Shown piece by piece: positions 13,321 through 25,859 of a stretch of 64,000 nucleotides of DNA. Within the stretch, counting starts at the first letter, position 1. Each line of letters begins with the position of its first letter. Location of the stretch: the NCBI RefSeq assembly GCF_009914755.1, contig NC_060927.1, one strand, 5' to 3'. The translations under genes were made by a program, and so were the position numbers. The stretch is from the human T2T-CHM13v2.0 reference genome, Homo sapiens. The notes below the pieces were generated by a model that saw nothing but the letters and a program-made list of their open reading frames with translations, had not been told where the DNA came from and made no database searches.

Positions 13321-15778
13321 GAAGTGGAGTATATCTGAAAACTATTACTAGTCATGTAATAAGTTGTTTAAAACATGCCTTCTCATGTATTCTGTGAGGG
13401 CAGAATCTATCTGTAAGAGGTTGAGAATGTGTTTAACACTATATCACAGGCCTAGCAGAGTGCCTGGACACAGTGGGTGTTTGATAAATATTTGAATTAA
13501 TGAATGGACAAATGAAAAGCTGAGTACACAGATCTTACTGCCTAACACCACCACATGCATAGAGCACATTAAAGTGTATGGTGCCTGTTTCATGACCATT
13601 TTGTTTAATTTTAACCACAAAGTCAAAGAAGGGAAGGAACTATTATCCATATTTTACCTTTGATAATGTTGAGTCTCAGAAAGTTGTTTGCTCAAGGTCA
13701 TATAGTTGATAAATGGTAAAGCCAAAGGAAGATCCTGACTCTCAAACTACCCAAGGCCAGAGTTATCTTAAAGACAACCCAGATGAGAGTCACCACAGGC
13801 AAGGTTGAACCAATCACCATTCACAGTGCCCTCTTGAGTTGCCCCAGTTCTGAACCTTGATCTTGCTGTGATTCCTGAAAACCTCTCTACCTGCTGCTTC
13901 AGCTTTGTTAAGTAGCCTCCCCCATAGCATCTGGTGGTGTCTGCTTATCCAGGCGCCCCTGCTGACTTCACTGCCCACCTGAAATCTGAGTACAGCATCA
14001 CAAACCAAGTCTGACACAAACGTAGGATCCTTTAATTGGACCATAACAAAGTGGGACACTGATTTTTTTTGGGAGGGATTGAATATGAGAAGAGATTAAA
14101 TGAGTTAACTAAGTTTCAAGCCCAGTTAACCAGGAGAATGACATTAACACAAATAGTCAATACAAGAGTAGTTTGTTTGAAGGAACATAGAACTATTCAA
14201 CATTAGACACGTCAAGTTTGGGACACCAGTAAGTAGTCTAAGTGAATAGCAAATAGATATGGATTAACATTCAGGAGAGAAATAAAGCCCAAGGAATCAC
14301 CTACACACAAAAAAATGATTAAAGCCACAGAACTCAAATCCTGCACAGTGTTATTTAGTGTGGGGCTATTCTGTGTCTGATGGTGTGCTGACATTCCCTA
14401 GAGGGGCAGCAGTATCCAACTGCCTGGACTTGGGACCTCAGATACCGCTTCAATCACCATAGGGCCACACTTACGTGATTTATATTGAATCTCAGTGTCA
14501 GAGTTTGTTTGATTAACAAAATTAGCTAAAAGAAATGTTTGAAGCATTAATTTAGTAGGTATTCTCTCTCCCTATTCTACTACCAAAGCCTCTGTTATAG
14601 TGTCTCTACCCACACCCAGATATACGGCAGGGAGAAATCATCAACTTGAATTTTAGTTCTGACAGTGAACAAGCCAGGAACTCTTAACTAAATAATATTC
14701 AGTTGACTCATGTGTGATTTAGAAAATATTTTGATATTCTAGTCTGGTTCCAGTTCAGTGAATCAGTGACAGGTTCAAAGTGGTTCACTGCAGTTTAAAT
14801 AATAAAATAAAATAAAATAAGCTTTGTTTTATTTCTCAGTTCCATAGAAAATAAAATAATAATGTTTGGTATTTGAGTTGAGGTTCAGCAAACTTTTATA
14901 ATTCATTCTAGGTTTTTGTTTATTGTTTCCCTCTGCATCAACTCCTCCTGTTTTGGAAACATGCCCTGTAGATATCTACAAATCCATACTGGTGGACCAT
15001 ATTCAAGGCCTCAATTTAAAATGATGAGTCACAGCTATTCATGATGTCAGGGGTAAGCCTCAGCTAGCCTTCTACTTGAGTGCTGGGCAAGCCTCAGGTA
15101 TAATCTCATTGGAAGAATATTTGCCCAGGAGCTCTCCTGAGAGAAGGTCCCAGGTCATAGGATACCTTAAGGACAATAGCATCACAGGTATGATAAATTA
15201 CATCAGACACAGCTGCCCCTTTCAGTGCCTCAAGTTTCATGTGGATTAGCACCTACGTGCTGTGTGCATCTGGGCCCAATTCCCAGGCGGTTAGCTAACC
15301 CAAGGCCCCTGATCCAAAGGAGAGCTGAGCTGAGCAAATTGCCACCAGCATTCAAGTAAGGGCAGATTTCAGCTTTCTTTTAATCAAACCTCAGAGAATT
15401 AAATAAATAAATAAATAACAAAACAAACAAAAAATTTGTTACTGGGTAATTTTTTTTTTTTTTGCCTTTTTCTGGATTGATACCCAACCCATGAACAGCT
15501 CAACTTAATAATAAAAGTTTCTCATTGTTGCCTGGGATTTTTGAAAATACACAAATTTGTTTTTTGTAGCTGCAAAATATCTGTACTAAGATGTCTATAC
15601 TAAATGGTTGAATTCCACTGTGGAAAATGTGTAATGTTGCATAAAGTCAAATTTTTCTCCTTCCAACATACTTGTTGAGACAACACATTATTTATCAAGT
15701 GTGATCCATTTGACCTCTATGTTAGTAATTTCATAATATCTTGAATTGGGGGCTTTTAGAAAGATTCAGTAGCTTTCT

Positions 15779-16715
15779 ATTTTTTCTTTTTTTCTTTTTC
15801 TTTTTTTTTAAAAAAGGCATTTAGTTTATTCTCCTCATCAGTTTCACTTATATTTTCATGGTTCACACTTGCCAACGCCGCTCTTCTCATTACAGTAGTT
15901 AAATGTGCAAACTCACTTGGGGGCTCAGGGAGGGGTGGGGGCTCGGTCCTGGGTGGGAAGGGTGTTGGCACTTCACGTGGACAGGGCGGGCAACCTGTCC
16001 CGAGTGACAGAGGTGTGGGTGAGTGGGCAGCCAGGGAAGGGGAGTTGGCAGGGGAGGGCCCCATGGTCTTTTTTCTCTGGTGGTTGGTGATTCTCCATTC
16101 AGATTCCTTCCTGGCTGCCCAGAGTGAGGGAAACCATGCAGCTTAGCACAGGGCAGGGGAGGAAGATAAGGAAAAAGCAGCAGGCTGCCCAGGGGAAGGG
16201 GTAGGGGGTGAACAGCAGGGCAAGGAGGGCACAGGGGTGGCTCCTGGGGTAAGGCACAACCTTGTCTTTGGCTCTCCTGGTGAGGGGTTTCCTCCCTTGC
16301 ACCCTCTGCCTGGCCCTTCTTCCCCCCATCACCCACCAGACCCACACACACAGTCCCAGGAGCCAGGGGGCACCTCTTGGGGTCCCTGAAACAAGTGGGC
16401 CCTGCCACCCAAGCCAGTGCCACAGGGCTTGAGGAGGGACACCCAAGGAAAAGGCAGAGAGAGGCAGGCAGGGGCCCACCCAGGACAAGGGGGTGGGGGC
16501 GGGGAGAAGACCCCAGGCCCAGGAGCTGGACCCCCCCACCCCAACTAAGGCCTGGAAGTCGGGGAGCAGCCGCTTCTTTTCAGGGACCTGGCTGGAGCTC
16601 CGGCCCGCCCCTAGGCCTTCACCAGGCCCAGCCGCTTGCCAAGTGACCAGGGCATTGCACTTTGGGGTCAATGCCGGGGTGGGGAGGTGGGCCAGGTGAG
16701 GGGAGAAGAGGGGCA
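15779..16715 (-). pseudogene. 5'-truncated processed retrocopy of a GC-rich mRNA 3' end (probably 3' UTR only); parent gene not confidently identified
   Basis: Abrupt GC-rich island in AT-rich DNA. Minus strand ends '...gatgaggagAATAAActaaatgcctttttt' followed by an interrupted poly(A) (T-tract 15779-15809). Not similar to any repeat family I recognise. TSD not clearly identifiable. Confidence 0.82.
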
Positions 16716-16844
16716 ACTAAGGTGCTTGACTATTATCTAACTCATAGCAAAGTCTATCAGGAAGATAGAGAACAGAGATTGCCACAAATCAAGCAGTGAA
16801 TTATTACATAGTGTAGAACAGTGGAAAATAGGGAAGAAAAGATG

Positions 16845-16965
16845 AGTCAAGGAGTTAGACAGCCCTAAGTTCAAATACTAACCCTTCACCTACTTGGTAG
16901 GCAGCCTTGGTGAAGTCATTAAACTTTTCTGAACCTGTTTTCAACTCCTCAAAATGGACTATCAT
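16845..16965 (+). mobile_element. MIR fragment
   Basis: 'ggagttagacagccctaagttcaaat...ccttggtgaagtcattaaacttttctgaacctgtttt'. Confidence 0.65.
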
Positions 16966-17391
16966 CAGTGTAGTATATGCTCAATATCCACTTGTTCACT
17001 TTTCCTACCCTTCTTACATAAATCAGGGGTCACGTGTTCGTGTTCTTCCAAATGCATCAATGGCAAAAAGTAAAACTTTGACATGACTCACCCTATAGAG
17101 TAAGACTTGATCTTGCCATAAGTATTAGTGAGAGACATTCCCCTGTCTCATTTATTATACAGTGAAATAGGCCTAAAGGACACAGAGTATTTTTTAAGAA
17201 GAAACTGATCAGGGAAACTATTTTAATGAGCACCCAGCTGAAGGTTAATTTCAGAATGCTCTGGTACCTGAGTTCATTCTCTCATACCACTGAGGAAAAT
17301 GGAAAATGATGGGACAAAATGCTCCTGTAAATTTCTATCGTTGGCATTGCTCCCTTGTGTAGTATAAGAGATCTTGCAAAAAGGCAAAGGG

Positions 17392-17600
17392 GACCTGGAG
17401 TCAGAGAGACTTGAATCTGAACACCAGTACTGTCATTAACTGTCAGACCCATGCAAGTTATTTAACATTTCTGAGCATTGATTTCTCATTTATGAAGTGA
17501 AAATTATAATAAAGTCTACCTCACAGGCTTGTGGGAAAAATTAAATAATTTAAGTAAAATGGCTTGCAAAGTGCCTGACACATGGTAAGTATTCAACAAG
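17392..17600 (+). mobile_element. MIR
   Basis: 'ggagtcagagagacttgaatctgaa...caagttatttaacatttctgagc...tacctcacagg...gtgcctgacacatggtaagtattcaa'. Confidence 0.8.
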
Positions 17601-17615
17601 TGATCTTTATTACAA

Positions 17616-17991
17616 AGTATTAGTCCATTTTCACACTGCTATAAAGAACTGCCCAAGGCTGCATAATTTATAAAGAAAGAAGATTTAATTGACTCAAGTT
17701 CCACATGGCTGGGAAGGCCTCAGGAAACTTACAATAATGGCAGAAGGGGAAGCAAATATGTCCTTCTTCACAAGGCAGCAGGAGAGAAAGGGTATGCAGT
17801 GAAGTGGGAAGAGCCTCTTATAAAACCATCAGATCTCATGAGAAGTCACTCACTATCACGGGAACAGCATGGGGTAAACTGCCCCCAGGATCCAATCACT
17901 CCTCACCACGTCTCTCCCTAGACACATGGAGATTATGAGGATTAGAATTCAAGATGAGATTTGGGTGGGGACACAAAGCCTAACCATATCA
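17616..17991 (-). mobile_element. THE1D-like solo LTR
   Basis: 'gtattagtccattttcacactgctataaagaactgccc...gggtggggacacaaagcctaaccatatca'; TSD tacaa/tacta. Confidence 0.92.
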
Positions 17992-18176
17992 TACTATAAC
18001 TTGTTAACTTAACTATACTATACTATAGTATAGTAAGTATATATATAACTTATATAGAGAGAATAAGTATATATGTAACTTATATATATATAGTAAGTAT
18101 ATATATAAGTATATATATAACTTAACTATACTATAACAAGTAAACTTAACTTGTTAACTATAACAATGTTAACTTA
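17992..18176. repeat. AT-rich low-complexity mosaic of short direct and inverted units
   Basis: Recurrent 'aacttgttaac', 'aacttaactatactata', 'taagtatatatataac'. Confidence 0.85.
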
Positions 18177-21100
18177 CACTGGCCAATGGCAAAATCCAAG
18201 GTTATAAAATTAATTTATAAGGATAAACGCCTGTCTCCTGTGTAAAATTATTAAGTGCAATTAATGTCATCTTATTAATTGCCTCATAGAGGTTTAAGGA
18301 TTTGAGTTGGCTAGACTATTTATAAACATTGAGATTTATTTTATTCTCTCCGTGTTAAAAGTCTAAACTTCTGAAGTAACCAGAAAGAAAAGTTGAAATT
18401 CTTTAATTTCATTCATGATTGGCCTTACATTTTGGTTATCTGGTAATATTTTTCCTTAAATGTACAACTACAAAGAAAATACTAAGACTAATTTATACTG
18501 TTATTCCATAATTTTGCCTTTGAAACAAGAATTTGAAGCCTGATGTTGTGGCTTTGAACATCCATTTTGGATTATAGTAGAATGTCCTAGGAGAACAGTT
18601 TTATGTACAGTCCAGAGCCTCATTATAAGACTGATGCTGAAACCTAACACCCAGTTCTTTTTTGAAAGAAAACTTTTACATTTGTTCTTATAAAAGCATG
18701 TGAGAAATGATATCTCATTTTGACTCATTTCACTTTCATAATAACATTCTATATGAAACAACTTTCCTCAACAAATGTTCAGACACCTTCTCAACTTTGT
18801 CCCTGGAAAACTTCTCTTAATTTTCTTTCATCATGGTGACCATTTGATTTAAGGTCACAGGAAAAAAGAACTGACCTGCAGCTGCTAATCATGCTGCTCT
18901 ATCTTCACCTGTATTTTATGCGCCATTTCAGCCTTGATTATGCTAATCTGATAAAATTGTATTGAAATAAGTTGTCGCTTCTCAAAGACTTGAATTGTAT
19001 TATGGGGACAGCAACCAGTGCAATCAAATATTCTGTTCTTGTATTTCAGTCACTGATTTTCCAAAGAAGAGCAAAGAATTTAAATTTTGATGGAAGGAAA
19101 AAGTGAGACTTGAACACCCAGAAAATGCTAAAGAGGCAGCTGTAATTGTGCGGAACTGACTAGTGTGAATTTCCTGGCTAATGACAATGAGCGCAAACTA
19201 ACCACTTAGCCCAGTTTTAATTAAGAAAATGACTTCACTCTAAATTAATTGTATAAGATTTTGCTTCATATTTTTAACAGTTTCAAAATATACTCATAAA
19301 CAAACTTCTAATTATTATTAGAATTATCTTAGAGCTAGATTATTTTGTCTCATACAGTAACTCTCCCTAAGCCCCTCTCCCTTCTTGTCAACATCCATCT
19401 TCCTTAACACTCCTCTCTAGGATTCTGCTTCAGTGCTAAAAGGAGGACTGAACAAAAGAAGACAAGAGCACTTGGTTTTCCTCTGTGAATACCAGACTCT
19501 AGTCCCATTTGATTTTGTAAGCAAATAGTTCTTGGAAAGAAATCCTATGAAAGGAAAATTAATGATCCTGGTTTCTGCCAATTAAAGTGCATTTAACTTA
19601 TCATTTTACTTCCTATAACACAGAACATGAATTAGAGAATAAATGTAATCAAAATGCTGGAGAGGGTAGGCTAGCCATCATTTCTGAGATTAGAGAATGA
19701 GGTTTGATTATTGTGATCTAGCAATATTTTCAAGGAATTGCAGTCTAAAACTATACAGAAAATGATGGGGCTTTTGTTAAGTATCCAGCTCCGGGTGTGA
19801 GTTAAATGAACTGAAGAATCATTATGGGAAGATGCCACTGCAAAAGACCCTCTAGGAGTACACGTGATAAACTTTACCATAGAAGGGCACTTTCTGGTGT
19901 TTATATTAAGGACCACTGTGTAGTTTCCTGGGATTTAGGAAAGGGAAAATCATTCTTAAAAATGGTAGAGATGTTCAAATGCCTAAGTCTTTTAAAGAAT
20001 TCTGGCTGGGCTGCTCTGGAGAGAATACTTCCAACTGTGTATATTATAGCCATTATATTTATATCTAAGAAAACACATACTTGGTTTTAAATTGCTCATG
20101 TCCCAAGAGCACGAACTACTTTTACCATAAGACCTCTGTCTACTTAAATATCTTCTCCTGATATCATCTCAACAATATAAAAATACTCATTTAACTGAAG
20201 CAAATTTAACTACTCAATTTAATGTACGGAATTAATATTTTCATTCAGACCTCTCCTTTTCTATAATATTTAAAATGGCTCCTAATTATCTACATTATAA
20301 CCCCCAACTCCCTATTTCAGTTCCCGGTTAGCTTTCCAAACTTCTATTCTTTCACTCCTTCCTGCATTTTTAGTTCCAGCCATATTAAGCGACTCATTGT
20401 CTTCTATACATAGTCTTACATTTTTCTGCATTTATATATCTGTTCATTCTACTCATCTGGATTTGTTTGATTTGTTTATTATAAATAGCATATTCTAATT
20501 CTAGAGCAAGCAAGGATAAACTAAATGCAATCCTGTAGGAAAAATTAACAGGGAAAAAGGAGGTGATTCCTCCTGAAAGGCAGAGTGGTGAAGTGAAGGG
20601 CAAATTTCTTATTAGAAGTCTGAGGCGCTGGGTAAAGTTCAAGAGGAATCAAAGCAGTAGGATGTTACTTGGTTGGGGTGAGAATGGGGTGGTTGCAAGG
20701 CATAAGAGGTGTTATAATCAGAGAGATTGAAAACAACATAAACAGAATCCTGGTCTGGAAAATGAGGTCACCAATATTCCAAGATCACAATCATCATTGT
20801 ATTTTGTTACGTAATAGTTACAGAGTACCTCTTATAGTAAAAGCTTTGTGCCAGACACACAGATACACAAAGATCAATAAGACAAACTCCTTGACCTCAA
20901 ATAAATACACAATAAACACAAATAATTCAATAAATAAAATGTCAAGAAGGAGAAGTAGTAAGTTTGTGCTCATGGAAATGAATAGTCAACCAGAAGTTTC
21001 CAAATGGAACTTCCTCATTAAGTTTGGGCCCATTTAGAGTAAGGCAAAATGCCCTACATACCTCCATACTTTCAAAGGGCATTTCTGCAGTACAAACTAC

Positions 21101-23509
21101 AGTAAACAGTATAGGCTAGTGATGGTTCTTAGATCTGGTAAGATGAGATCATGTTTAATGTACTGCCAATGTTACCTGACACCACCAACAGACTCACAGT
21201 TACAGTCATGCCCAATGACAGTTATGAATCTCCAGTGCTAAAGGAAGAACTCACCCTGCCCCAGTGTCCACCATATTGCTTTTTTCCTGCTTTTACTTCC
21301 ATGTATAAATGACCACAAAGTCCATTTCCCTGGCGCTTCTTTTAAGAGACTCTCTGCTACAGTTGAGCCATTTCTGTTTACACCAAGACCATGACAAGAA
21401 AGATGGTATCAAAGGATGGCTTGCTTGGGCTTTAGACCCCTCCTTCTCCCACAATTTCCAGCAATACTCTCCTAGAACCTACTGACAAATAAGCATACAA
21501 TCTAAATTAAAATGTGTGTGAACACAAAATCATCTTCGAAATAAAATAAGTGTTCCAGCATCTCCTCCCAACGGGACTGCCACCAGTAAGCTGTTCCACA
21601 TAAGAATTTTGGAACCATCACTAATGCCAAGGTCATGGACTGTCAAGTTCTGTTTCTGCCAGTCACAGAGAGAACGATCTCTTCTAAACTCTTTGCTATA
21701 TTTTGCCACCTGGTTCCTAACTAGAGTTACATTGGGTCTGGAATATTACAAATTCTTTCTTGAAAATGGTTGTGCCAGTTTCTGGTTTTTATAAGTATAC
21801 TGTGGGCACCACAGTCCAGCTTCTAGTTTATAGTAAATTAATTCAAGGAGGTGAGAGGGCAACAGATACCATGCCATTCCCTCCTCCCTTCTCCTTTTCT
21901 TGTCTTCCCCATCTCTTTTTTCCAAGATACATAGATGCTATTATATGCAATAGTATATGCAAATTGATGTGAGGAATGGAGACCTGAACTTCTGTCTTCT
22001 AAGCAAAATGTTTCATTCACTAGTGGACTCTTAAGAACTCTTAAGAGCTCTTATGAACAGAAATGCTGGAATTGTTTTTAAGAAAATGTTATCCAAGCCT
22101 AATCAGCTTTAGTGTTTTAGAAAGCAACTTTCAATTATCTGGAAAAGTGATTTATGTGAAGCACCTTATTTTTCAGTAGTTTCGAATATGTTAGGCATTA
22201 TTTACAAGCAAAGAAAGAAGTCAGACAACTTAATAAAACTATATAGCATTTTTAATACGGAGAAAGTGTTTCTACTCTCCCTGATGGAAGCTTATCTATT
22301 AAAAGGATTCAGATATCTAAACTTTAAGAAAGGCAGAGACCCTTCCTACCTCCTTAATATGGTTCATCGGGGTAAAAGTTACTCCTTACTCACTAACCAA
22401 ACCTCTAGGTCATCTTCCCACTTCATATTCCTTCTTCTCCGTGACTGATAAACCTCTCAGTACTTTCTGAAATTCCTGGTAAAGAAGGCATTCTCAGTGG
22501 TGCTTGCTTCCTAACACATGGCAAAAACAGACTGACAGCTTATTAGTGCTGTCAGTAACAGCTACATTGAGACTGAAAAGGCTAGGGGACCCAAGCCACA
22601 TAGCTATTAATAAAAGGACATGAATGCATTTTACCCCACAATCCAAGAACTGACAAAACTACTCAGCTTCCGCCTATGCGGCTGGCATTCCTTAATTCCC
22701 TTTTGCTGCCCATGGTTAGGCCCAAATAACACATGGTGAACACTGGATCGGGGGGTCGATGGATGGGCAGATGGATGAATGGATTAATGGATGAACAGAT
22801 GAATAATTGTTCCTTGACTATAGCCAGGTAGACAAAGAATGAGAGAGGGAAATTCAAATCTCAGGTGTGCTATTTGTCACAATTCAAATTAAAAGGTGTT
22901 GGGAGAAAATGGGACTACTAACTAAAATTCAAATTATGGATTTCAGCTTGTTTTGTCACTCCTTTGGCTAATTAATTTAAATTTTACTCAAAGTTAACTG
23001 CACTAACAATTCTCAAGCCACAGAAGCATACCTAGCATAATAACTAGGTATAATAATTAACCAGATGTTAATTCTCACATGGAGAAAACAGCTATTCTAG
23101 CCACAGCTTCACATCATGCATGGTTTCCAGCCTTACTAGAAAATATTTTCAGTTAAAATAGAAATATGGGTTATTTAATTTGCATTCACTGCAACAGGTT
23201 GACAGTACAACAGGTTTGGAAGCAATTTAATTGAAACTATAAATTATTCTGCGTCATCTGGGAGGCAAGACCATGTTATCCTGATGCTTTTGTTTCCTTT
23301 GGAAACAGGATTAGTACAATGCCTCAGGAAATGTACATATCTCAACACAGAGGCTGAAAACACAGGGCTTTGTCTGACTGTTGGGTATGTCCCTCTGCCT
23401 TTATCTCCACAACAAACAATAACATTACAGAAAAGAGTGGCTTGATTAAGGAAAAATGATAGTACACACAGTATGCTCTCTATCCCTGGGATCAAACTAA
23501 GACCCATGG

Positions 23510-25859
23510 TGTATTAGTCCATTCTCACACTGCTAATAAAGATATACCTGACACTGGATAATTTGTAAAGGAAAGAGATTTAATTGACTCATGTCTCAGC
23601 ATGACTGGCGAGGACTCAAGAAACTTACAATCGTGGCAGAGGGGAACCAAATATGTCCTTCTTCACATGGCAGCAGCAAGGAGAAGTGCTGAGAAAAAGG
23701 GGAAATGCCACTTATAAAGCCATCAGATCTTTTGAGAGCTTACTATCATGAGAACAGCATGGTGGTAACTCCCCCTATGATTCAATTACCTCCCACTGAG
23801 TCCCTCCCATGACACATGGGGATTACGGGAACTACAATTCAAGATGAGATTTGGGTGAGGACACAGCCAAACAATATCATTTCACCCTTGGCCCCTCCCA
23901 AATCTCATGTCCTCACATTTCAAAACACAATCATGCCTTCCCAACAGTTCCCCAAAGTCTTAGCTCATTCCAGCATTAACTCAAAAGTCCAGGTCCAAAG
24001 TCTCATCTGAGACAAGGCAAGTCCCTTCTGCCTATGAGCCTGTAAAATCAAAAGCAAGTTAGTTACTTCCTAGATACCATGGGAGTACAGGTATTGGGTC
24101 AATACACCCATTCCAAATAGAAGAAATTGTTCAAAACAAAGGGGCTACAGGCCCCATGCAAGTCCAAAATCCAATAGGGCAATCATTAAACCTTAAAGTT
24201 ACAAAATGATCCCCTTTGACTCCATGTCTCACACACATCCAGGTCACACTGATGCAAGAGGTAGCCTCCCATGGTCTTGGGCAGCTCCGCCCCTGTAGCT
24301 TTGCAGGGTACAGCCCCCCCGCCAGCTCCTTTCACAGGCTGGCATTGAGTGTCTGCAACTTTTCCAGGTGCACAGTGTAAGCTGTTGGTGGCTCTACCAT
24401 TCTGGGGTCTGAAGAATGGTGGCCCTCCTCTCACAGATCCACTAGGCAGTGCCTCAATGGGGACTCTGTGTGGGGGATTCAACCCACATTTCCCTTCTGC
24501 ACTGCCCTCACGGAGGTTCTCCATGAGGGCCCCAGCCCCTCCAGCAAACTTCTGACTGGACATACAGGCATTCCTATAAACCCTCTGAAATCTAGGCAGA
24601 AGTTCCCAAACCTCAGTTCTTGACTTCTGTGCACCTGCAGGCTGAACACCACATGGCACCTGCCAAGGCTTGGGGCTCACACCCTCTGAAGCCATGACCC
24701 AAACTGTACCTTGGCCCCTTGTAGCCAAGGCTGGAGGGGCTGGGATATGGGGCACCAAGGCCTGAGGCTGCACACAGTGGTCACAGGGTGGGTGGGCACC
24801 TGTACCTGCCCCAGGAAACCATTTTTCCCTCCTAGGCCTCTGGGCCTGTGATGGGAGGGGCTGCCATGAAGGTCTCTGACATGCCCTGGAGACATTTTCC
24901 CCATTGCCTTGGCAATTAGCATTTGGCTCCTTGTTACTCATGCAAACTTCTACTACTGGCTTGAATTTCTTCCCAGAATATAAGTTTTTCTTTTCTATCA
25001 CATCATTAGACTGCAAATTTTTCAAATTTTTATGCTCTTCTTCCTGTTGAACACTTTGCTGCTTAGAAATTTCTTCTGCCAGATACCTTAAATCATATCT
25101 CTCAAGTTCAAAGTTACACAGATCTCTAGGGCAGGGGCAAAATGCCGCTAGTCTCTTTGCATACAAGAGTGACCTTTACTCCAGTTCCTAACAAGTTCCT
25201 CATCTCCATCTGAGACTACCTTGGCCTGGACTTTATTGTCCATATCACTATCACAATTCTGGTCAAAGCCATTCAACATGTCTCTACAAAATTTCAAACT
25301 TTCCCATGTCTTCCTGTCTTCTGAGCCCTCCAAGTCTCTAGAAAGTTCCAAACTTTCCCACATTTCCTATATTCTGAGCCCTTCAAATGGTTCCCACCTC
25401 TGTCTGTTACCCAGTTCCAAAGTCACTTTCACATTTTTGGGTATCTTTACAGCAGCACTCCACTCTCTGCAGTCCCAATTTACTGTATTAGTCCGTTCTC
25501 ACACTGCTAATAAGGAAATACCTGAGACTGGGTAATTTATGAAGGAAAGAGGTTTAATTGACTCACAGTTCAGCATGACCAGGGAGGCCTCAGGAAACTT
25601 AAAATCATGGCAGAAGGGGAAGCAAACATGCCCTTCTTCACATGGTGGCAGCAAGGAGAAGAGCCAAGCAAAATGGGAAAAATCCCTTATAAAACCATCA
25701 GATATCATGAGATATCTGACTCACTATCATGAGAACAGCATGGAGGTAACCACCTCCATGATTCAATTACCTCCCACCAGGTCCTTCCCATGATACGTGG
25801 GATTATGGGGACTACAATTCAAGATGAGATGTGGGTGGGGATACAACAAAACCATATCA
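23510..25859 (-). mobile_element. Full-length THE1 (THE1C-like) MaLR provirus: LTR 23510-23879, internal 23880-25483, LTR 25484-25859
   Basis: Two homologous LTRs 'tgtattagtcc...atatca'; THE1-int sequence between; TSD catgg/cacgg. Confidence 0.96.
24186..25166 (-). other. Remnant of the THE1-int (MaLR) internal ORF, 326 codons open
   Basis: 'AKRLAAFCPCPRDLCNFELER...LAEEISKQQS...PSWQPLPSQAQRPRR' is typical MaLR-int translation; the N-terminal part continues in another frame (25148-25363). Confidence 0.8.

Noticed and set aside
14345-14550. CTCF-like 'ccctagaggggcagc' in a possible hAT MITE remnant
   Set aside because: Mismatch in the GGC core and the repeat identity is too uncertain to call
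15777-16716. Overlapping minus-strand ORFs of 205, 174 and 95 aa
   Set aside because: Several frames are open at once because GC-rich sequence lacks stops; Pro/Gly/Leu-rich with no recognisable domain; one runs into the poly(A). Consistent with UTR-derived sequence.
22745-22805. (TGGA)n-like run
   Set aside because: Short degenerate tail typical of L2 3' ends
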